This document shows positions 37,664 to 47,192 of a DNA stretch of 64,000 nt, in pieces; position 1 is the first letter of the stretch, and the number at the start of each line of letters is the position of its first letter. The stretch lies in assembly GCA_032718475.1 (NCBI GenBank), contig JAUCBJ010000788.1, positions 62,001 to 126,000 of the forward strand, read 5' to 3'. The stretch comes from Nemertoderma westbladi (lineage: Eukaryota; Animalia; Xenacoelomorpha). The notes beneath the pieces are model-generated. The model ran no database searches and was not told where the DNA came from. It saw only the letters and a program-made list of their open reading frames with translations. Both the position numbers and the translations under genes were made by a program.

Positions 37664-38521
37664 TTAATTTATTTTTTTAAAGTGTAAGTTAATAGAAGTT
37701 GTACCGTATTAAAAATTCAAATCTTTTCCTTCTTTGTCTGTTATTTCAATATGAATGTATGTTATCTTATATGATTTTTTTACAGGGATATAATGAATTG
37801 TATCCTTGGTAAATTCTTTATTTATTACACTACCATATTTCACGTCATCAGGTATCGCCACGCGACGAAGTAAAGCTAAACCAAAGTCATTAATATATTC
37901 ATTTTCAATTATATTAGTAGTCACATACATGTTCGATTTAGGTTCTGGAATAGAATTGGGTGGTTGAGGGCATAAAAATACCATCTGGTAAGCTTTTTCT
38001 TCATTTCCGATAACCTTTATTAAATAACCCTTTATATTATTATTTTTCGTCTTCAAAATAATTTTAAAATTTGGATTTAAATTCGCGCCGAGATTATTTT
38101 CAGTAATTCCAAAATAATAGGCTAATTGTTGGCCTATAAATAACTCTCGCACAGTTTTCCCTAAAATAAATTGCAATCTATTTTGCTGAGTATTTTCAAC
38201 TATTTGTAATTTATCTTTCAACGCCCCTGTGTTAAAATAATCTATAATGTCATTGATACTGTAGAATAAACCAGATGGAAGTGTATCCTCAAAAAATTTT
38301 TTCCCTTTTTTTAATAAAATAACATTCTCTACATTGTTATACATGGACGGCAACGTTGCTAAGTAAAATATACTTTTTATACCTACCACCCAGTTTTCGT
38401 TTGGATTTATAGGTAAGGCGCCGTGGAAATTTATCTGATAATTACTAGCGCTATTGCGGGGAAAATCAATTGGACAGGAATTACTTGGTAGTCTAACGTA
38501 GAACTCATCCATCACCGCCAC
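37664..38521 (-). pseudogene. Minor capsid (penton) protein copy 2; premature stop at 37709-37711
   Basis: FYVRLPSNS...FP.N..SNY, W.VGI, LPSGLF, MYV..NII, LLRRV, Y.PV, I.I.I.D..G..L.F. After the stop the same frame continues YGTTSINLHFKK. Confidence 0.85.
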
Positions 38522-40102
38522 CCCGTATTAACTTAAGTGTTATAACAGTGCGACCTCCGCTGAAGTTAATTAATTGGCCTTGGCCGTCACGTAAAGTAAT
38601 TAAGATTGTTTTTAGTTTTTTATTCAACAATGGGAAATAGCAAATGCTCTCGTATTCGTGATTAATATATTTTCGATTTAATTGTGTTAAGGGGGGGGGT
38701 ACACCATTTTGGTCCAAAATATGTCGAAATTTTTTTTATTGTCTATTTTAATGGACCATTGAATAGTCTTTCCAAATCTGAAAACCGCTATTTAATAGCT
38801 CTTTTAGTTTTCAAGTTATGTAAATTTCCATTTAGGGAGTCCTATTGAAATTACTATTACTATATATAATGAAAGGTCGATTATCTCCAAATATTTTTTT
38901 CATGAAATTGTCAACTTCAAAACCCTACTACTTCTACAATTTTTGAATAATTAGTCTGAAACTTTCTGTGGGTGTCTACATAGCCAACCTGCATAAAAGT
39001 ATCAGACAACTTTTCGAAATTTTTAGTTAATAAAATTTAATACTATTTATAAAAAACCTAAAAATTAGCATAAATTTGCAGAGCCACCTAGGGGTGCAGA
39101 ATTATTTTCACAAAATTTCACCTGATAGTTATGTTGCCCCATCTTTGATCTATCATATAAAAAAACTTTCATGTGATTAGGTTCAAAACTGTAAAAGCCT
39201 TAGGGTTTTAAGCGCAACCAAGTTTTTTTTATTGTTAACTAGTATTAACTAATATTAAATAGCGAAAAATTTTTTTTTTCTGATCTGTCATGTAGAATAG
39301 CATCTTAGGCACCTATTTGCCAAATTTTAGCCAAAACCAAACAATTTTGAAACGCTGAGAGTGATAAAACGAAGAGTTGTCCGAAAATGGTGTACCCCCC
39401 CCCCCCCCCCCTTAAAGGACAGGTTCTTAAGAGCGGAGCTAAAGCGTCACCAACAAATGAGCTCTTAATAATATCTGTATATATGAAGATTGTATCTTTA
39501 TTACGAGTAATATTCGTGGGAGCCGGAAAATCTAAAATCCCAATTTCCGAAATTTTTGGTCCACTATAATTTAAAATTAATATCGGCTGTTCTATATTGC
39601 TTAATTCATCTACTGTAGTGGTACTGTATATATCCCAATTCGGAATATCTGGATGATTCTGATCCAATAACGGTTTTAAGCCTAGAATTTGAATTAAATC
39701 ACCGCGTAGACTTAATTGTATTTTTTTCAACTTTTTAGGAAATTTAAATTTAATTCTAGAATTATTTGTATTAAAAATGAATTCGAAATCTCTATATTTC
39801 GCTTCAGAATTAAACAGTTTATTTATATCATCAATAATGACTTGAATAGAGCTATGCATACCAGGAAATAAACTATATAATTTGGCATCTTTTGCATCTA
39901 CCCCGATTGACAGCGAGATTTGAGTTTGCAGAGTAATATTACTGTATGTTGCTTGGTATTGTATCTCGGCAAGCCCAATTTTAGCGTTTGGACCAATATA
40001 TAATTCTTCGGCTAAATCAACAGTAAACTCGCTAGGGTTATTATTGGGGTAAGTGTTTAATGAGCTATCTGAAAGTAGAGTGATATATGTATCTACAGCC
40101 AT
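38505..40102 (-). pseudogene. Minor capsid (penton) protein copy 1, split by a MITE
   Basis: YITLLSDSS...PNN.PS.F.V.L, IGLAEI, IFIYTDII...VGD..APLLR. Removing 38691-39415 restores LLRTCPLTQLNRKY...LRDGQGQLINFSGGRTVITLKL. Confidence 0.9.
38691..39411. mobile_element. Non-autonomous DNA transposon (Kolobok-like MITE), 721 bp
   Basis: TIR G(n)TACACCATTTT / AAAATGGTGTAC(n). TTAA duplicated at 38687-38690 and 39412-39415. Purine-start termini fit Kolobok rather than piggyBac. Confidence 0.85.
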
Positions 40103-40362
40103 TATTATTATTATTTAAGCTCTCTCTACTTGACTCCTTTGCACATACAGTACAGTACGGTATAATGTTAAATTATAGACATCTGTGACCACGTTCATTC
40201 CCGCTTCTACAGTATATGCGAGGGATCAATATTTTACTGGCTTTATTTAAAGCGAATGAACTATAGTATAGTATAGTAATATCATTCGAGTTAATATTGA
40301 TTGATTAATTAATTACGGACATATGTGACCAAAATGAATTAATATACAGTATAAACCTAAAC

Positions 40363-41431
40363 TTATTGAATATGCTGTACCCACGACTGTTTCTTGGATC
40401 CGATGAATCGGACTAAATATTCTTTTTTCCCATTGCGTACACGTTCTTTAAGTTTGCTAATATTTTTGTCAATCGGAAGATAAATATTACTATTCGGGTG
40501 GACCTTTTGGAGTTCGTATGAATAAAATGAGCCATTTATTATAGCTCCAGCGCTGGCCTTAATATCGAACATTACTGACCCAATGAATAATAAATAATTC
40601 ACGTGTCCATTGTTCTCGATAGCCTTTAGCAAAAGCAGTACAAGCGATAGATAATCGTACTGTATCTCCAACTTTAAATTTTATTTTCTTGTGATTAATC
40701 TGTCTATATTTCCCATATAATCTATTCATTAATTCAGTTTCATTAAACTTATTAACTTCAATGGGTGTCATTTGTATTGTCCTATGATATGACCTATTAT
40801 AAGCATAAATGAGCTTCGGTAAAATTTTTATCCAAACATTATTTCCCCGTTGCGTGAAAATTTTGAACATCTTTGTTTTTAATGTTCTATTGAATCTCTC
40901 GACAATAGCCGCCTTATTCACAGAGTACATTACATAATACTGTATACCAATAGTATCTAAATATTTCCTTACAGATTTATTTAGAAACTCAGAACCTTGA
41001 TCAGTTGCAATTCTGTTTGGTTTACCCTTTTGGAATATTTTTTGTAATATACTAATAATTTCAATACCTGTTTTTGTTTTCATACCATAGGCAAAAGCAA
41101 GCCGGCTAAAGGCATCAATACATGTTAATATATAATTATAATTATTATTTTGCGATTTATATTGCTGCATATCCACCAGATCTATCATATATATATCTTT
41201 TAACCCTCCCGTAAATATTTTAGATGTTGGATAATGATGTCTACGCGGTGCGTGAAGGGAGTATGTCTTTTGCCCGCTCAACCATTTCTGGGCTTGAGCT
41301 GGTTTGATGTTTGCGGCTTTTGCTAATTTTGCAATACTTGCAAAACCCGCAGGGGATGAAGGATCTAAATAAATTCTTAACAGTTTTTTGTCTAAGCTTC
41401 GGCTTAAAATCGGTTTCATCTTGCGTGGCAT
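40363..41431 (-). pseudogene. Polinton retroviral-like (RVE) integrase with chromodomain-like tail; frameshift near 40575
   Basis: MIDLVDM, IDAFSR, TDQGSEF, VERFNRTLK, YN...HRTI.MTP, FKVGD.VR, KGY...WT.E. The tail GSFY.YELQ...EYLVRF.G....SWV is in another frame. Confidence 0.93.
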
Positions 41432-41655
41432 CTTATCGACAACCGCAAGTAATATGTATATTCAAATCTCTTATAAAGGGCATCACAGTAAAAACAACTG
41501 AAATTTTTTTATTATTTTCTTTGAAGTTGATGTTTTAAAGGGTTTTCTTTTTGTAGTATTTACTCTAGGTATATCTTGAGGTTTTAAATCAGTAGCTAAC
41601 GGTTTACTCGATACTAAATATAATTTTCTAAATGTTACTCCTGTTTTAACCATTA

Positions 41656-42039
41656 TTACCGTCCGCTGTTAATTTTTTTCGCAATAGCCGCTCCAGCGGC
41701 GGCGGCACCAGCACTCGCGGCGAGTTTCGCACCAATGCTGAGTAAGGGTATTAGAAACGGTAGTATGCCTCCAGATTGATTGCTTAACTTTTTTCTGTAA
41801 CTTGATATATTTTTTGTTTTACGGTTGAGTGATTTCAATACCTTTTTATAGCGGCGAATATTTCTAAATGAATGAGGGGTCAATTGTACGTTACCTTTTA
41901 GAACATTTAATGCAGTATTTACAATGAGCCGTATTAATTCGTTACTCGCGGTATGGTTAATAAAATAAGTTCTTTGTTGAGGGGTAGCGCTGCGTAGAAA
42001 TTCCAGTTCGTTACGATATTTCTGCACAAGTCTATTCAT
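41656..42039 (-). CDS. Conserved small Polinton structural/core-like protein
   Basis: ALNVLKGNV.L and basic centre, then QSGG followed by ILPFLIPLL and an Ala-rich tail. Lies between ATPase and integrase. Confidence 0.75.
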   Translation of the reverse strand: MNRLVQKYRNELEFLRSATPQQRTYFINHTASNELIRLIVNTALNVLKGNVQLTPHSFRNIRRYKKVLKSLNRKTKNISSYRKKLSNQSGGILPFLIPLLSIGAKLAASAGAAAAGAAIAKKINSGR

Positions 42040-42076
42040 TGTTGCAACATTATTGAAAATTGTTACAAAATATTAA

Positions 42077-42757
42077 TTATTTATTATTATTATTATTATT
42101 ATTTTCGCTACGTTTATTGTCAATGTAATTTTTAATGTAACAATTATGATTACGAAATATATCCGATCTAAATCTTAAATGTTCAGGTGTTTCCTGTCGT
42201 AAATCAATTAAGAAATGCGAAAATGGTTCAATAGTCGCATCTTGATAGGAATCTACTAAAAATTTGGTCTGCCCTGGTAACATCTGCTTCGCGAAATTTA
42301 AAACCGATAAACTGTCTCGCGGATTTTTCATTAATACTAAAGTATGGCTATTAATTGATCTTGTGCGGTTATGCTTCCCACCGTAAAACATGTTTTGCGT
42401 TATAAAACAAATAAATATATTGGAATGATGAGCTACCTTAGTAAACAATACAGTTAAAGCTGTACTGGACTCAGTTTCTGTTAATAAATCATCTATAATT
42501 AATAAATCTCGACTATTCACTAAACTATCTATATTTTCTGGCAAACCTTTGTAAAGGTGAGTAATACCAGGAATAGTTGGGGGATTGCTCCCGTAACAAT
42601 ACAATACTCGCAAGGGGGCTTCGTTGAAACAACCATTCTTGTGTTTAATTAAATTGCCAACAAATGTTGACTTTCCAGAACCAGATGGGCCAGAAATTAT
42701 CATACTCGTTCCCATTTGAAAGTTTAAATTATATGGACCTGAATTAAAGTCAGCCAT
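42077..42757 (-). CDS. A32/FtsK-like genome packaging ATPase
   Basis: Walker A GPSGSGKS, Walker B LLIIDD, ITQN.F, R..SIN, KNPRD. Confidence 0.95.
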   Translation of the reverse strand: MADFNSGPYNLNFQMGTSMIISGPSGSGKSTFVGNLIKHKNGCFNEAPLRVLYCYGSNPPTIPGITHLYKGLPENIDSLVNSRDLLIIDDLLTETESSTALTVLFTKVAHHSNIFICFITQNMFYGGKHNRTRSINSHTLVLMKNPRDSLSVLNFAKQMLPGQTKFLVDSYQDATIEPFSHFLIDLRQETPEHLRFRSDIFRNHNCYIKNYIDNKRSENNNNNNNK

Positions 42758-42985
42758 TTATTATTATTATTAAGATATATCAACAATACAATATAATATA
42801 ATATAAATATCAATATCAATAAACCATCACCATTACTATGTATATAACAATAATTGATGCAACTACAATATTAGAGTACCGGTACTGTATATTTAATTAA
42901 CATATGACACAACTACAGTACGTGACGCTCGCTGCAACAAAAGGTGCATTTCCAATTATAGTATAGACTCATTTTCAATGTAATT

Positions 42986-43435
42986 TCAAGCATGGTGAGC
43001 ATCTTTATACGCGAAATAATGATAGGTAACATCGGCGGTTTGGAAATCACTTCCCGAGAATTTCGCGCTAATGATTTTTTTATGTTCGCTGCTAAAAAAA
43101 TAAGGAATATAGTAGCAACACCGTCGTACTACATTTCTATAAAAAATATTCTCCAATATTGTAAATAAATCTCCTGGATCATTACTTTCCGCAGAAATAT
43201 AAGTTATATTTCGAAGCTCTTTCCAATAATAGGGTTGGTATCTTGCCAACTTTATATTAAACTTAGATATGGGTGCACGACAAATAGGACAAATTTTAGA
43301 ACAATAATTATTCATTTCGGAATATTGTACAATACATTGTACGCAAGTTGCATGTTTATTTTCACATTTATAATAATCTCGATGTTGCAATAACTTAGAA
43401 TAGCAAACTGGACATTTTTCATTTAAAATATCCAT
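42986..43435 (-). CDS. C3HC4 RING-finger protein (putative E3 ligase)
   Basis: CPVC-x11-C-x3-H-x2-CVQC-x13-CPICR at the N-terminus. Confidence 0.8.
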   Translation of the reverse strand: MDILNEKCPVCYSKLLQHRDYYKCENKHATCVQCIVQYSEMNNYCSKICPICRAPISKFNIKLARYQPYYWKELRNITYISAESNDPGDLFTILENIFYRNVVRRCCYYIPYFFSSEHKKIISAKFSGSDFQTADVTYHYFAYKDAHHA

Positions 43436-43620
43436 TTTCCAAATTTTAAAGTAAATTGAAAATAATTACCTCAATACACAACAACAAACAAATCTGTTAT
43501 ACTGTATATACAATTACTACTACAATTTTCGATTATTTAAAATTTGATGTTTTTTTTCATAATTAAAAACATCAAAATTTTATAAATAATCATAAAATAT
43601 TTATAATATAGTGGGAAAAG

Positions 43621-44064
43621 TCAAGAATCAATGATATTATCAACACATTCAACATTATCTGTTGATTCTTCAGTTTCGACAAAGGATTCTTTTGAAATCA
43701 TTACAATAAAGAAAGACATAATTTCGTAGGGGCTATGCCGATTTAGCCGTATTTCATACTTTTCACCAGCTTCGTTGTATTGTGTAATAACAATTAACCC
43801 CTCTATCATGGATAATAGTAAGATATTGATTAATTTTCCCTCATGCTCAACTTTCAGGTTGTAATCTAAGAGATGAATACTATTATCAGAAGCATCAATA
43901 TCAATTGAGCTTAAAACTTTCCTGGCTTTTTCAGAAAACTCAATTTTATATTTATCATCTCCCCGACGGTAAATTGTATAATCAATAACAATATAGGCTT
44001 CACCATCTTCTGCAAAAAATGAATGCCTTACTATTGGCATAACCATATCGGAATTAGAAGACAT
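43621..44064 (-). CDS. Hypothetical 147-aa acidic Polinton protein
   Basis: Clean ORF with TAAATAATG start and an upstream TATATAA (~44162-44168), first gene inside the right TIR. Confidence 0.6.
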   Translation of the reverse strand: MSSNSDMVMPIVRHSFFAEDGEAYIVIDYTIYRRGDDKYKIEFSEKARKVLSSIDIDASDNSIHLLDYNLKVEHEGKLINILLLSMIEGLIVITQYNEAGEKYEIRLNRHSPYEIMSFFIVMISKESFVETEESTDNVECVDNIIDS

Positions 44065-44339
44065 TATTTAATTAATTTATTTTATTGTAAATCAAACAAA
44101 CAAAGTAAAAACTTTTAAACTAAAACCATTACAAATGATTAATTGTGATTAAAGCAAGAGATTATATATAAGATATTTTCAAAAATAATACAGGTCTTAA
44201 ACTGAGAAATAGCCTAAATTCGGTTTATTGATTGGTTGATTAGCCAGTAGGGAAATACAGTATAATTAAAAATTATTTGGTTTTGCGTAATAATAATAAT
44301 AATCACTAATGTACGTATACGCGTAGCGGGAATGTGGTT

Positions 44340-44794
44340 GAATTTCATGTATCATACTGGCTGGTTGGTTGGTTTGTTGGTTTGGCGACAGCAGTCGAGG
44401 AGTAGCTCTAGCTGGCGGTGGGTAAATCGTTGAGTTGGCAATCGATATAATATAATATATAATATCGGGGAGGGTATATGCGTGGTGCGTGTAGATGGCC
44501 ACGTCGTCGTTGTCGTCACCATATACAGTATACAGTGGTGGTGGTGGTGGTGGTGGTGGTGGTGGTAACGTGGCGAAAAGGGGAATAACATTAGGGTTAG
44601 TTAGTCAGTCGAGTAAGGCGGGCATCGCGAGGTTAGGCTACGCTACGATTGGTTGATGGCAACTGCCGATGGTGACATATGGCATGCACCGCAATTTAGC
44701 ACCGGAATTTGGCATTTTTAATAGCCCTCCGGATGGAATGCCCATAGCCCAAGCTAGGGAGGGCTATGGTGAGGACACTTCTTCTCCTACTACT
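44340..44794 (-). repeat. Polinton right terminal inverted repeat
   Basis: Reverse complement of 20273-20704; contains an expanded (GGT)n tract at ~44536-44566. Confidence 0.95.
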
Positions 44795-44800
44795 AATGTA

Positions 44801-45721
44801 GAAGCACACACACTCACACTTTTTCTAAACCAAATGAAGTGAACCACCAACAACCTCCTCCATCACCACACAGAAATCTATACGCAACTACTATGTGGAC
44901 AGTTTGGGGACTCCAGCAAAATTGGACACCGAGTCTAAAGAAAATATTAAGGATCAAGTAAACAAAGGGTGCTTAAATTATCAAACACCAGTTATACCAG
45001 TTACATGGATCCAGAAAGCCATATTGTCTCTATCTCAAGGAAAGGCACCTCACCGCGAATCCCTAACCATGGAACATCTCACTCATACTGACAGCGACAC
45101 CTTATGCGAGCATATAAGAAAAATTCTAGAATGCGCCTTAAATATTGGTCGGCTGACAACTCAATTTGGCAACACACCAGCCACTAGTATATACAAAGGA
45201 AAAGGGAAGAGCACAAATAACGGGAAATCATATCGGGTAATATGTACAATATGGAAAAGTGTTTGAGGCCCTGGTGCTAAAACACTATTTAGCAGATCTC
45301 TTGCAGAATGAACACCAAGTTGCATACAAAAAGAATATTGGCGCAGATTTTGTAGTTGGAACAATACTGGAAGCAATTGAGAACCAACGTCAACATGGGA
45401 ATCAAGTGTATGTTTGTCAGATGGACATCCAGGCTGCTTTCGACAACGTGGATCTTTCACACCTGTTTAAGAAATTCTCGGCTGCTATAGATCCACACAT
45501 CTGCCCCTTACAACTCGACTAATCTGCGATTGGGCGAATGTTCTTTCGTTTCGGAAACAGTATTGACTAAGTTGTCTAGTCAAACGTGGCATAAAACAGG
45601 CATCACTAATCTCACCATACATTTTCAATTTCTATACCGCTGACAGTAGTACTGCTAGTCTGAAGACCAAGGGAATTTGCTGTTTCAGTAATGGGATTTT
45701 GATAGGCTGCATAATCTATGC
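44801..45721 (+). pseudogene. LINE reverse transcriptase fragment, right part of the Polinton-interrupted LINE
   Basis: AI..L..GKAP, IYKGKGK...SYR.I, KVFE, Q.AY, MDIQAAFDNVD, GIKQ.SLISP..FN across shifted frames. Confidence 0.85.
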
Positions 45722-46632
45722 CTATATACTATCAATGCAGAAACCTCGTTGTTTCATCCTACTAGTACTGATAAGAAGTTTATGTTGTATGTTCTTTGCG
45801 AGATTTGCATCCGTCGCTGGCAGTGGGAGTCCAAGGTAGGTACAAGTCAGCTCAGCTTTATGGGCTATATCAGATTTAGAAACCCTCAATTCACCTCCCA
45901 TCTCTGTCGCTCCTTCCTCATTAATAAATAAATAATGAGTCTTCTGCAAATATATATCCAAGTTATATTACTCAAAATATTTATAACATATTGAAGCCAA
46001 CTTCTCAGCATCTTCCTTAATAATATTAGCCAATATTATTATATCATACCCGTAGCTGATTATATTGTATGCCTGTCGCCCTATATGAATGCCCAAAGCG
46101 CTGCACTCTACTAAATCAAACAGGTTCTTTAGGTACAGATTGAACGGAAAGGGAGATAGTATACCTCCTTGTCTCAGGCCCTTTTCGACAACTATCTTTT
46201 CTTCATACCTATATCCATCACATTGCATATAAGCAGTCCCACTTGCGTAATATGACATCAGAAGGTGTACCAGTTGCGGGTCAACCTCCCGCTCGAGAAG
46301 GATGTCACGCAGTTTCATAAAATCCACCTTATCATACGCAGAAGTAAGATCTAGGGATAGAACATGGACCCCAGAATGTCCTCTGTTAAAGTACTCTGCT
46401 AAGTTAGTAACAGTGAGATATGTAATCTCAGTTCCAAGTTTGCATTTAAATCCCATTTGTAGGTCATTAGATGCCAGGTGTTTCAACTCTGCCCTAGACT
46501 AGCGACTTTACGAATCTGCCAAGATCTATACGGATCATGCTATGTGCTTGATTCATCTGCACTGATCATAATACATTGTAAATCTGCTACGATCATAGAA
46601 TGATCATACAAAATCTTTTAAGAATTTACATA

Positions 46633-46802
46633 TACAAAATATTGAAAAAATATTTATTTATTGAATGTATGGTTGCAATTTGTTAAATATCAAAACCATT
46701 TTTACATTAAACATTATACAAAATATTGAAAAAATATTTATTTATTGAATGTATGGTTGCAATTTGTTAAATATCAAAACCATTTTTACATTAAACATTA
46801 TA
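46633..46802. repeat. 84-bp perfect tandem duplication
   Basis: TACAAAATATTGAAAAAATATTT...ACATTAAACATTA starts at 46633 and again at 46717. Confidence 0.9.
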
Positions 46803-47192
46803 ATTATTGTCTTGGAAAGTAACAACATGGCTATTATATCTGCTACGATCAGACTACGATCAGGATAAGATCAGGCCAGATAATGAGGCTGCCCAAATTT
46901 TAAAACACCAGAGGCAAAGGCCAATGATTATTATTTTTTTGCCGTATTTGACCGACCAGAGTACTCTCTTTGATAGCATGTTACATAAGATTACATATCA
47001 TACGAAGATCTTTTCAGATCTTATCATGATCATATTATCATGATAATATCAAGTTAGAAATTATCAATCAATAATTAATTATAAATTATGAATTAATAGG
47101 TATAGAAACAAAGAAATTTATGAATATACTTCAATATGAATTATCTAATATGGTGGCCAAGTAGTGTAATTATATTAATTTATATGAATCTA

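Larger units (their letters stand above)
20273..44794. mobile_element. Polinton/Maverick endogenous virus, full length (24,522 bp including nested insertions; ~18.8 kb without)
   Basis: Starts AGTAGTAGGAGAAGAAGTGTCCTC and ends GAGGACACTTCTTCTCCTACTACT. 6-bp TSD AATGTA at 20267-20272 and 44795-44800. Carries pPolB, integrase, ATPase, protease, MCP and mCP genes. Confidence 0.98.

Noticed and set aside
38691-39411. piggyBac assignment for the TTAA element
   Set aside because: Termini are GGG...CCC, the reverse of the piggyBac CCC...GGG pattern.
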